Shown: positions 19,996-29,059 of the stretch, one piece after another | Layout: every line of letters begins with the position of its first letter | Numbering within the stretch: position 1 is the stretch's first letter | Assembly: GCA_963675295.2 (NCBI GenBank) | Contig: CAXXKJ010000002.1 | Location: 96,001-160,000 of the forward strand | Length of the DNA: 64,000 nt | Direction: 5' to 3' | From: a bacterium | GTDB taxonomy: Bacteria; Electryoneota; Electryoneia; Electryoneales; Electryoneaceae | Program-made: the position numbers and the translations under genes | The notes under the pieces: model-generated | The model's input: only the letters and a program-made list of their open reading frames with translations | What the model was told of the DNA's origin: nothing | Databases searched by the model: none

Positions 19996-20637
19996 ATGGA
20001 CTGGCTTGATTCCCTGTTACTACCCCTCTACCAGGTCACTGGCGATCCGGTTACCGGTTTCTTTGTCGGCACTTTTCTGCTGTCGTCCATCGCGGCCGTG
20101 CTCGGCGAAGTGACCATTGCCGTGTTGTTCCTCAGCAACCGTAATTATTACGAGCGCCTCAACGCCGAGCTGGCGGAGTCGCACAACGCGTCCATCGACG
20201 CCGCCAAGCGGGGCGACAAGGAAGCCTACACCTACCACAATCGCAAGGCGAACGCAGCATTCGGGAAAACGTTCTTCTCGCAGATCGCGTTGAGCATGGG
20301 GTCGTTGTGGCCGATTTTCTTCGCGCTCGGCTTCCTGCAGGGCCGTTTTGCCGACATCGAATTTCCGATCCCCGGCATCGGCCTCTCGATTAATTACGTC
20401 CTCATCTTCCTGTTCGAATATGCCCTCGCCCGCCTGATTTTCAACCACGTCAAGTACTGGATTCCCGGTGTTGACCGGCTCAAGGCGGCGTTGGACGACG
20501 CCCGCGCGAAAGCGAAAGAGATGCAGATGCTGTCTGACACTCCGGTGCCGTCCGCGACCAACAACGAGGATGAATCCGCCATCCCGGACACCGGCGATCC
20601 GCCTCCCGAGAGGCCGGCGGACAACGAATCCCGTTGA
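19996..20637 (+). CDS. Membrane protein (TM, coiled coil, two TMs)
   Basis: Hydrophobic helix, charged helical region, then two hydrophobic helices and an acidic/Pro-rich tail. Confidence 0.75.
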   Translation: MDWLDSLLLPLYQVTGDPVTGFFVGTFLLSSIAAVLGEVTIAVLFLSNRNYYERLNAELAESHNASIDAAKRGDKEAYTYHNRKANAAFGKTFFSQIALSMGSLWPIFFALGFLQGRFADIEFPIPGIGLSINYVLIFLFEYALARLIFNHVKYWIPGVDRLKAALDDARAKAKEMQMLSDTPVPSATNNEDESAIPDTGDPPPERPADNESR

Positions 20638-20700
20638 TCGGTACTCCGCGCGGTCGTATATCAATCACGCCTCCACAGTCATCAACGAGATCCGCACGCC

Positions 20701-22911
20701 ATGGGCCGCCGCCGTTCATCACGCAGCCGACACCGTCCCACCCCCCGATCCTCACGCCAGAAAGGCGGCGTGCGCCGGGAATCTCTGCAGACGGCGGTCG
20801 AGCGGTACCTCGACGAACGGCCGAACGTATCGTTTCGCACCCGCGACCTGGTGCGGGAATTCTCGGCCTCTCCCGCCGACGAAAAGGAAGTCCGGCGTAT
20901 CATTCACGCCCTCCATGCCGAAGGCCGTCTGAAACGTATCAAGGGCAAACGGTACCAGCAGATTGTCGACGAAGCCCCGCGCGCCATCGGCCATATTGAG
21001 CTGACTGAAGGCGGAGCGGGCTTTGTGCGGGTGCCGGGCCGTGACGAAGACATCTTCGTTTCCGCATCGCGGCTGATGGGCGCGCGTCACGGCGACCGCG
21101 TCGAAGTGGCGGTGACCGGCCGTGGACGCTACGGACGTGCCTCGGGACGTGTGGTGCGTGTGGTCGAGCGGGACGATACCCCGGTGATCGGCCGCTTCAT
21201 CGCCCTGCCGGGCCGTGGCGGGCTGGTATATCCGGACAACCCGCGCATACCGGGACCGATCCAGGTGCTGGAGGGCAACCGTCGCGGCGCGAAGCATGAC
21301 GACCGTGTTCAGGTCAAGGTCGATCCACACATTCGCAATCCTCAGGGCCGGGTCGTGAGAATCTTCGGCCACGTGGACGATGCCGACGCCCGATTCGCCG
21401 CGCTGCTCGCCGAAGCGAAGTTTCCGGAGAATTTCTCCTCGGACGCGTTGGCGGAAGCCGATTCCAGCCCGATTGAGATCCCCGCGGAAGAACTGTCAAG
21501 GCGTGCGGATTTCCGTGACAAGCTGATCATCACCATTGACCCCGCCTCGGCGAAGGATTTCGATGACGCGCTTAGCTTATCTCGCCTCAAAGACGGCAAC
21601 TACGAGCTCGGCGTGCACATCGCGGATGTCAGCTGGTATGTGCGTGAGGGCGGTCTGCTCGACAAGGAAGCGCGGACCCGTGGGACGAGTGTCTACAGCA
21701 GCCATGGCACCTCGCCGATGCTGCCGCACAGCCTGTCGTCCGACAAATGCAGCCTCGTCGAGGGCGAGGACCGTCGCACCATGTCCGTGCTGATGACCGT
21801 CACCCCGGACGGCAAGGTGCTGGACGCGAAACCGGCGCGCAGCGTGATCCACAGTTCCCGGCGTCTGACCTACCAGCAGGCGCAGGACATGATCGAGGAC
21901 GGCCGCGAACGCTGGGGCGACGACCTGCCGGCACTACGCAAGGACAGCGTTCGCGCGTTGGTCAATCACCTGATGCGGCTGGCGGAGGCGTTGCGCAAAC
22001 GCCGTTTCCGGCACGGCGGCCTCGACCTCGAATTGCCGGAATACGAGACGATCATCAACGCCGACGGCGATGTCGAACGGATCAGCAAACGAACCGTGCT
22101 GGAGTCGAACCATCTCGTCGAAGAGTGCATGCTCGCGGCAAATCGGGCGGTGACCGAGTTTGTCAACCGGTCACGCGAGAGCAATCCCCGCGTCTTCATC
22201 TACCGCATTCACGACCGGCCCGACGTCGAGCGGCTGGAGGACTTTATCCTGCAACTGGACGCGCTCGATGTCGACTGGCCGTTCAGCCGCACCAGCCTCG
22301 AGAATATCCGCTCGAAGCAGTTGAACGACTGGCTCGATTCCCTCTCCGGGCATCCGTTGATCGAAATCCTGCGCTATCTGACCCTGCGTGCGATGGCAAA
22401 GGCGGTCTACGATACCGAGAATATCGGCCACTACGGGCTCGGTTTCGTCAACTACACCCATTTCACCAGCCCGATCCGGCGCTACCCCGATCTCATCGTG
22501 CATCGCATCCTCAACGCGGTTCTGGAGCGTAAAACGAAGTATGGTCCAGATGTTCGTGAATCACTTCAACGAATCTGTGAAGTCGCGAGCGAACGGGAAC
22601 GCGCTGCCCAGGATGTGGAACGGAAATCGCTGAAAATCCGCCAGGCGGAGTATTTCGCCCGCAAGGTCGGGGTGGAATTCAGCGGCCTGATTACGGGCGC
22701 GATTCCCAAGGGTATCTTCGTCGAAATTGACAACACCGGCGCGCAGGGAATGATCATCGCGGATGACCTGGGAAATGTGTATTTCGACCGGGACCTGATG
22801 GGTTTTGTCGAAGTAACCGGCAATGAACTCTACCGTCCCGGAATGCGGCTGCAGGTGCGGGTCATCGCCGCCGATCCTGACCTTGGCCGGCTGGACCTCG
22901 AGCCCGCCTGA
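20701..22911 (+). CDS. rnr: Ribonuclease R
   Basis: TIDPASAKDFDDAL, GVHIADVS and YTHFTSPIRRYPDL; C-terminal S1 domain. Confidence 0.95.
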   Translation: MGRRRSSRSRHRPTPRSSRQKGGVRRESLQTAVERYLDERPNVSFRTRDLVREFSASPADEKEVRRIIHALHAEGRLKRIKGKRYQQIVDEAPRAIGHIELTEGGAGFVRVPGRDEDIFVSASRLMGARHGDRVEVAVTGRGRYGRASGRVVRVVERDDTPVIGRFIALPGRGGLVYPDNPRIPGPIQVLEGNRRGAKHDDRVQVKVDPHIRNPQGRVVRIFGHVDDADARFAALLAEAKFPENFSSDALAEADSSPIEIPAEELSRRADFRDKLIITIDPASAKDFDDALSLSRLKDGNYELGVHIADVSWYVREGGLLDKEARTRGTSVYSSHGTSPMLPHSLSSDKCSLVEGEDRRTMSVLMTVTPDGKVLDAKPARSVIHSSRRLTYQQAQDMIEDGRERWGDDLPALRKDSVRALVNHLMRLAEALRKRRFRHGGLDLELPEYETIINADGDVERISKRTVLESNHLVEECMLAANRAVTEFVNRSRESNPRVFIYRIHDRPDVERLEDFILQLDALDVDWPFSRTSLENIRSKQLNDWLDSLSGHPLIEILRYLTLRAMAKAVYDTENIGHYGLGFVNYTHFTSPIRRYPDLIVHRILNAVLERKTKYGPDVRESLQRICEVASERERAAQDVERKSLKIRQAEYFARKVGVEFSGLITGAIPKGIFVEIDNTGAQGMIIADDLGNVYFDRDLMGFVEVTGNELYRPGMRLQVRVIAADPDLGRLDLEPA

Positions 22912-23304
22912 TTCAACCCCTAGCATCACCCCGACCCACAAATGTGAGATTTTTCTTCGATTTGTCCGGCTTTCGTAGCCGCGACGCGTGACTTGGGCTC
23001 TCGTTCCCGAGCTCACGAGAGGATTTCGCTCTCTCGCTTCAAGGTATCCGTGGGCTCCCCTCTCAAAACTCTCTCCATTTCTTCGCTTAAACTTATAATA
23101 ACATAATTTATGATTTGATATCTAATTACTATATTCCGTATAATTTGCGAAATCGATGTATCGCGGGTTTGTGGTACAAACGTATGACAAAGCCTCGTAT
23201 CATACCGCGGACAATCTGGAGGGTGCCGGTTGTGACGGAACGCACGTCGTCCGGTCGGTCCCTGTAGCAGATTACACCGCACATGGAACAGCGAGGTTAG
23301 TGGA

Positions 23305-23448
23305 ATGGAAGCGGCCTTTGACGTCTTGATGGTTGTGTTGGGAATGGGTTTTGTCGGCGGCATCGTGTTTTCCGTGCTGCGTATTCGCGGCGGTCGCTCG
23401 TTATTTCCGGACTTCCGGATCCCCACACCGTCCAGCCATCAGTCGTAG
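23305..23448 (+). CDS. Small single-TM protein (47 aa)
   Basis: GAGG RBS; MEAAFDVLMVVLGMGFVGGIVFSVLRIRGG...; shorter than any ORF in the track. Confidence 0.55.
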   Translation: MEAAFDVLMVVLGMGFVGGIVFSVLRIRGGRSLFPDFRIPTPSSHQS

Positions 23449-23749
23449 CCGCGCACGCGGAATCGATGGACAAGCGTTCGGTTGATCCTGCTTCAGATTT
23501 CGCGTAGCCGGGGAGACGTGAGAGCCCTGCTTGATTATCAGCGGGGTTACGGCGTCGCTCGAAGCCCGGGAAAAATCCTCCACTCGCTCGTTGCCTTTCA
23601 ACCAATCCTTCAACCAGAACAATCGGCCCGATTTCTGATCGCCGTACCGGGATCAGCTTGAGCCCGCTCTCGACCGTTGTGTAGCTTGTAGTCAATCAAC
23701 GACGGCTCCGAGCGGCAAACGGTTGATAATGCTAATTTTGGAGTATGTC

Positions 23750-23851
23750 ATGGAAGCGGTAGCCAGTATTGGTGTGATTTTGTTTGTGATCGTGTCAGTT
23801 GTCAAAATGTGCAGGACCTGCGCGCGTGTGGCCAACGCCCAGCGCCGTTAA
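23750..23851 (+). CDS. Small single-TM protein (33 aa)
   Basis: GGAG RBS; MEAVASIGVILFVIVSVVKMCRTCARVANAQRR. Confidence 0.55.
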   Translation: MEAVASIGVILFVIVSVVKMCRTCARVANAQRR

Positions 23852-23953
23852 ACCGGCGGGGTTTTGGTGCGCGGACCGGCGTGAATCGTGAGGGACGGAG
23901 CGTCCCGTTGTGCAGTCATTGTGGACGCGGATCGTCAAGCTGTGGAGGTGATG

Positions 23954-24049
23954 ATGGACGTGTTGTTGACAAACCTCGGGTACATCGCATCGGGCGTAGG
24001 ATTTGGCCTGGTCCTGGTCGTCGCGGCGAGCCGGTTGCGTCGATCCTGA
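23954..24049 (+). CDS. Small single-TM protein (31 aa)
   Basis: GGAGGTG RBS; MDVLLTNLGYIASGVGFGLVLVVAASRLRRS. Confidence 0.6.
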   Translation: MDVLLTNLGYIASGVGFGLVLVVAASRLRRS

Positions 24050-24246
24050 ATGAAGTCGTTTGTAACTATACAAAATACATTGCACTGGATTGATTGTTAA
24101 GGGTGGCAAATCCACCCTTTTTTACGTCTCCAAGGGGCATGAATTGTTTTCTTCACTAGTGATAGCAATTACCTTACTATCAGGTCGCCAGTGGCATCAA
24201 TGCCGATAGGGAGACTGGCGAATGATAAGACGATGTTGAGAGGACT

Positions 24247-24462
24247 ATGCTAGGACGTGTGAAGTGGTTCAACGAAGCGAAAGGCTTCGGGTTTATCGAG
24301 CAAGAGGGGGCGCAGGACGTATTCGTGCACTATAGCGCCATTGAGGGAAACGGATTCCGCAAGCTCATCGAGGGGGAAGAAGTCGAATTCGAGATTGTGG
24401 ATGGGGAGAAAGGCCCGGCCGCGAAGGATGTGCGCCGCTTGAATCCCCCGACGGCGTGGTAA
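24247..24462 (+). CDS. Cold-shock protein (third paralog)
   Basis: [15 protein letters not shown] and DVFVHYSAI. Confidence 0.95.
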   Translation: MLGRVKWFNEAKGFGFIEQEGAQDVFVHYSAIEGNGFRKLIEGEEVEFEIVDGEKGPAAKDVRRLNPPTAW

Positions 24463-24532
24463 TCGAACCGCTTCGTCATCAGAACTGGCTGAATGTGTAG
24501 ATGAAAGGCCGCCATCCTGGCGGTCTTTTCTG

Positions 24533-25423
24533 TTACCCGTGCAATTCTTCGCAGCGTTCGTCCTCGATCTGCAGCGTGCTGTGGCGGATATGATACTTCT
24601 CCAGCAGCAGGTGTTTCGCGGCGTCGAGGATCGGCGCGGTGGTGCAACCGTGTTCACGTTGCAGGTGTGCGGACAGCATCGGTTCGCGGCTGCTGACATT
24701 CCAGACGTGGAGATCGTGGCAGCTGCGGACGCCCTCCAACTCGACCAGCGCCTGACGGATTTCCTCGAGATTCAGGTCGGTTGGCGTACCCTCGAGCAGG
24801 ATGTGTACTGACTCGCGGATCAGGGACCAGCTGCTGACAACAATCAGCACCGCGATCAGTACGGACGCGGCGGGATCGACCCACGCCCAGCCCTTCAGCA
24901 GGATCGCGAGTCCGGCGAGGATCGCGCCGACCGATCCGGCGGCGTCCGCCATCAGGTGCAGGAAAGCAGCGCGCATGTTGAGGTCGTGCGAGCGGTGGGC
25001 GTAGAGCACCCATGCGCTGCCGGCGTTCGCGAGCAGTCCGGCGACGGCGACCGGCAGCATGATCGCAACGTCAATCTCCTGCGGAGCTTGCAAGCGGCGC
25101 CAGGCCTCAATCGCGATTCCGATCGAGATTGCCCACAGCACCAGGCCGTTGAGGAAGCCGGACAGCACTTCGACCCGGCCGAATCCGTACGAATGGTTCG
25201 CGGTCGCGCGTTTCTTCGCGATGTAGCCGACCCAGAGGACGACCGCCAGCGCGGCGACGTCGGAAAGCATGTGTCCGGCGTCAGCCAGCAGTGCCAGTGA
25301 TCCGCTGATCCAGCCGCCGATCACCTCGATGATGAGGAACGCGGCGTTGATCAGGAACGCGTACCACAAGGCCTTGCGGCTGGTATCGCTGTGCCCGTGA
25401 TCATGTCCATGTCCGTGACCCAT
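24533..25423 (-). CDS. czcD: CDF family Zn/Co/Cd efflux transporter (CzcD/ZitB-like)
   Basis: His-rich N-terminus; SLALLADAGHMLSD, HLMADAAGS, DLHVW and HSTLQIE motifs. Confidence 0.9.
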   Translation of the reverse strand: MGHGHGHDHGHSDTSRKALWYAFLINAAFLIIEVIGGWISGSLALLADAGHMLSDVAALAVVLWVGYIAKKRATANHSYGFGRVEVLSGFLNGLVLWAISIGIAIEAWRRLQAPQEIDVAIMLPVAVAGLLANAGSAWVLYAHRSHDLNMRAAFLHLMADAAGSVGAILAGLAILLKGWAWVDPAASVLIAVLIVVSSWSLIRESVHILLEGTPTDLNLEEIRQALVELEGVRSCHDLHVWNVSSREPMLSAHLQREHGCTTAPILDAAKHLLLEKYHIRHSTLQIEDERCEELHG

Positions 25424-25570
25424 GGAGGAAACGTGTGGAATCAGCAGGCGCGCTGGCAACTGCTGCGCTCTGTCTCGTGCGGCATTCGAGGAAGGTGACG
25501 GCGGCCTGTTCCCTGCCGTACGTTCTTACCATTCACGTCAAGCGATTCCAACCCTGTATGAGGACATTCG

Positions 25571-27616
25571 ATGCGACCGCGCCATTACCTGCCAGCCCTT
25601 TTGCTTCTGTCCGCGTTTTTGTTGACGGCTTGCTTCACCAGCATGGAAACTGTCACCCTCGATTCCGATACGCAGGAACAGCCGTCGGACAGCAAGCCGC
25701 AATTTGAGCCGCCGACGATCCAGATTCTGCCCGAGGATGTCCAACCAACCGAGGGTGGTGCTGTCTATCCTCCCCATCCGCTCGACCTGCCGTTGGGGTT
25801 GTGGGATGTCTGGGGTGACCGGCCGTGGGAGTTTGTCATTCAGAAGGCGCGGGAGGGTGATGAATCGTGGCTGCACCGCGAGTTTGACCGCATGAACGCG
25901 ACCAACGCGACCTTTATGATCGGCAACAACGGCAACGAGGTGGTGCATGTTCGCGCCAACGAGATCGGCCAGCTGAATCTGGGGCTGGCGTTAACCTCGG
26001 CGACGACGTACGAGGATTCCGCACAGTATTTCATTCAAGATGAGCGTATTCCAGGCAGCCGTCAGCGCAACCTCCGGATCAAGGACATCATCCGCCGGTT
26101 TGTCGACACAACGGACCTCAGCGATCCGGAAGTTCGCCAGGTCGCGTTCGATCTGATTGACGAGGTAGTCGAATCGCAACGCCGCGACTATGCGTTCGAC
26201 ACCCGCGCGACCCCCTACTACCTGCTGATGAAGGAAGGGTGGGAACGCGGTGGAAGCGTGGAAGACAACCGGGAATACTCAATGCTGTTTGAGTATGCGG
26301 TGAACAAAATCCGCGAGTGGGATCGCAGCCGTGGGATTATCTATTTCGGCGCATATGTTGCGGAAGCGCGGCGCGAGATGTTCGAACCGGAAAAGCTGGA
26401 GGATCCCGCAATCCTCGACTCGGTGTTCAGCGGGAAGCTGATGCGTGGCTGGAATGTGTTCAACAACGAATCGTATCCATTCCAGGGCATAACCGGCAAC
26501 CGTCACTGGGTGCTGCAGAATTACGCCGGACGTTACTATCACCGGCTGATGATAATCAAGTTTGCGTGGTGGTTGCGCAATTTGACTCGGGATGTGGAGC
26601 GTTATGCGGTCGAAGTCAACCCGCCGGGCCCACGTCCGGAATGGTGGCTGGACTTGCAGTTGATGCGCGAGGAATGGATCTTCCCGGACGGCACGGTGGA
26701 TTTCCGCTATCGCCGGCCGACACGCTGGGAATACGCGTCGCAGGCCTATATCGGGCTCGCCGCCGGCGCGCGTGGCATTACCGTTTTTCCGTATCCGTCG
26801 CAATTGATGATGGGACAGTATAACGATCTGGACGGCAACCCGTTGCCGCGTCAACGGGCAGCCCGCACCTTCAAGTCGCACCACAAGAACATCCAGGGCC
26901 TGACCTCCGCCGACTGGTGGCAGCCGGACGATACCGAAAACCTCGACATGTTCCGGCGGCCAATCTCCGAGGCGGAGAATAATCCGGATTACTTCGCGGA
27001 GGGGACGGAATACGAGCCATATCCGGGCAAGCACTACCCGTATGACCGCGTCGCCGAACTGTACGCCAACCTGCACGGGTTGCTGCCGAAGGTACGTGCG
27101 TTGCGCTGGTGGTGGGCGACAGACGGTCTAGACACCAGCTACCTCGACATATCCGGCAAGGACAGGAATATAGCAATTCACCGGCGCGCGCTGACGGAGT
27201 GGATGACAGACACCACCCCGGTCCATCAGAACCAGAGTCTTGGCGACCGGTTTCGTCTGCGCGCGTTGCACGGCGACGACGATGGCCCGTTGCCCGCTGA
27301 TGACGCCAAGTATTCCAGCAACGTGTTCATTGGCATGTTCGACGATCCCACCGACCCGCGGCACGAGATGTACCTGTTGGTAAACCTGACGGCGAACGAG
27401 ATTGTGGACGATATCGTCGTCCCGGCGACCGAAGAAACAGTGGCGCAGATGGTCTTCGACGGTGGGACGCCGCTGGACGCTGTCATCCTGTGGCAGGACA
27501 TGAACCGGGACGACCGCAGCTTGCGGAGCGAGTATCGTGATGAAACGGGTTCGTTGCTGCTGGATGTACCGCTGCTGCCCGGCGATTGCAAGCTGATCCG
27601 TGTCCGGTCGCGGTGA
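25571..27616 (+). CDS. Large lipoprotein, possibly glycoside-hydrolase-like TIM barrel
   Basis: Lipobox LTAC; RRPTRWEYASQAYIGLAAGARGITVFPY resembles the end of GH-type barrels. Confidence 0.6.
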   Translation: MRPRHYLPALLLLSAFLLTACFTSMETVTLDSDTQEQPSDSKPQFEPPTIQILPEDVQPTEGGAVYPPHPLDLPLGLWDVWGDRPWEFVIQKAREGDESWLHREFDRMNATNATFMIGNNGNEVVHVRANEIGQLNLGLALTSATTYEDSAQYFIQDERIPGSRQRNLRIKDIIRRFVDTTDLSDPEVRQVAFDLIDEVVESQRRDYAFDTRATPYYLLMKEGWERGGSVEDNREYSMLFEYAVNKIREWDRSRGIIYFGAYVAEARREMFEPEKLEDPAILDSVFSGKLMRGWNVFNNESYPFQGITGNRHWVLQNYAGRYYHRLMIIKFAWWLRNLTRDVERYAVEVNPPGPRPEWWLDLQLMREEWIFPDGTVDFRYRRPTRWEYASQAYIGLAAGARGITVFPYPSQLMMGQYNDLDGNPLPRQRAARTFKSHHKNIQGLTSADWWQPDDTENLDMFRRPISEAENNPDYFAEGTEYEPYPGKHYPYDRVAELYANLHGLLPKVRALRWWWATDGLDTSYLDISGKDRNIAIHRRALTEWMTDTTPVHQNQSLGDRFRLRALHGDDDGPLPADDAKYSSNVFIGMFDDPTDPRHEMYLLVNLTANEIVDDIVVPATEETVAQMVFDGGTPLDAVILWQDMNRDDRSLRSEYRDETGSLLLDVPLLPGDCKLIRVRSR

Positions 27617-27679
27617 CACGGACGAAGCACCTTTGAACGGTTCTTGCCCGTGTTGTCTCTGACAACGCGGGTTCATGAA

Positions 27680-27713
27680 GCGCGGATGATCCCAGACATG
27701 AATGTCTGGGGCA
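27680..27713. repeat. REP-like palindrome (CCCAGACATGAATGTCTGGG family)
   Basis: 34-bp unit repeated with 1 mismatch at 28871-28904. Confidence 0.8.
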
Positions 27714-27843
27714 CGTTTCTTGAGTGCGCAACATCGGTCAAGCTTTGCCTGAGTCCTCACCCTACCCTGCCTGTGTCAACGACGGACGTGCTGTCCGTCC
27801 AAAGCGCACCAAGTGTGAGTGAGGGAAACCAGGCGGGGAGTTG

Positions 27844-28740
27844 ATGCTGAAGGGCAATCAGGAACGGTATGCGGAGCGCATCCTGCGGGTGCTGATCCAC
27901 ATTCAGGATCATCTGGACGAAGCGTTGTCGCTTCAGGATCTGGCTGAAGTCGCGAACATCTCGCCGTACCATTTCCACCGCATCTTTCGCGGCATGGTCG
28001 GCGAGCCGGTGCTTGAGCACGTCCGGCGCCTGCGGATGGAAAAAGCGGCGATGGAATTGTCAAACACCGATCATCGCATCACCCGTGTCGCGTTCGACGC
28101 CGGCTACGAGACGCACGAAGCGTTCACCCGTGCGTTCAAGGCGACCTTCGGCGTCAGCCCGAGCGAGTATCGCAAGCAGCAGCACGCCCAGCGTCCGGCC
28201 TCCCCCGCCAACGTTCACTACCTCACCGGCCACGGTTCGCTTCACTTTGATCCGTTAACCGAAAGGGTGGGACCGATGAACGTGGAAATTGTCCAGCGGG
28301 AAGAGCAACGTGTCGCGTTCGTGCGGCACATCGGCCCGTATGAAGAGGTCGGGACAGCGTGGGAGAAGCTGGTGCAGTTCGCCGGGCCGCGCGGCTTGAT
28401 GCGGAACCAGGCGTTCGGGTTATCGCATGACGATCCCGAGGTCACCGACGCCGGCAAGTTGCGTTATGACGCCTGCATCATCGCCAATGACGATACGCAA
28501 CCGGAAGGTGAGGTTGGTGTGCAGACGGTACCGGGTGGTACGTATGCCCAATTCCGGCATACCGGATCGTACAATGGGTTAAGCACGACCTACGCCGCAT
28601 TCTTCGACCAGTGGTTGCCGGACAGTGGGTATGAGGTAGGCAAGATTCCGTCCATCGAACAATACCTCAACGATCCGCGCAACACGCCGGAAGATCAGCT
28701 CGAAACTGACATTTTCATCTCCCTGATCCGGGCAGAATAA
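27844..28740 (+). CDS. AraC family regulator with GyrI-like effector domain
   Basis: LAEVANISPYHFHRIF and AGYETHEAFTRAFK; C-terminal RHIGPY, LRYDAC and E-YLNDP. Confidence 0.92.
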   Translation: MLKGNQERYAERILRVLIHIQDHLDEALSLQDLAEVANISPYHFHRIFRGMVGEPVLEHVRRLRMEKAAMELSNTDHRITRVAFDAGYETHEAFTRAFKATFGVSPSEYRKQQHAQRPASPANVHYLTGHGSLHFDPLTERVGPMNVEIVQREEQRVAFVRHIGPYEEVGTAWEKLVQFAGPRGLMRNQAFGLSHDDPEVTDAGKLRYDACIIANDDTQPEGEVGVQTVPGGTYAQFRHTGSYNGLSTTYAAFFDQWLPDSGYEVGKIPSIEQYLNDPRNTPEDQLETDIFISLIRAE

Positions 28741-28870
28741 TTCGCAAGCCCGCGCTGAAGTCCTCGTTGCGTATGCGAAACGCTGGTCGGGCGTTTGCAC
28801 CGACGAGCTTGCTCGTCGGGTTTCGTGACACTCAATCGGTTCACAGCCGATGCCGGCGCAAGCTCTGCTG

Positions 28871-28946
28871 GCGCGGATGATCCCAGACATGAATGTCTAG
28901 GGCATGTGCTGGTGAGGACGAATCATCCACGACATGAATGTCGCGG
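28871..28946. repeat. Two REP-like palindromes
   Basis: CCCAGACATGAATGTCTAGG (28882) and CCACGACATGAATGTCGCGG (28927). Confidence 0.75.
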
Positions 28947-28967
28947 GCATAATTCGAGAAAGAGAGA

Positions 28968-28998
28968 AAAAGGGCGCTTTCGATCGAAAGCGCCCTTT
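28968..28998. terminator. Bidirectional terminator
   Basis: AAAGGGCGCTTTCGA/TCGAAAGCGCCCTTT palindrome between convergent genes. Confidence 0.75.
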
Positions 28999-29059
28999 CT
29001 GTGTCGGGACAGTACAGTCAGTCGGCGAACGAACAACCGCCGTCAGACCGTGGTCTCGT

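Noticed and set aside
23297-23695. Minus-strand ORFs in the rnr-csp spacer
   Set aside because: Non-ATG starts without an RBS and no motifs; the plus-strand micro-ORFs are better supported.
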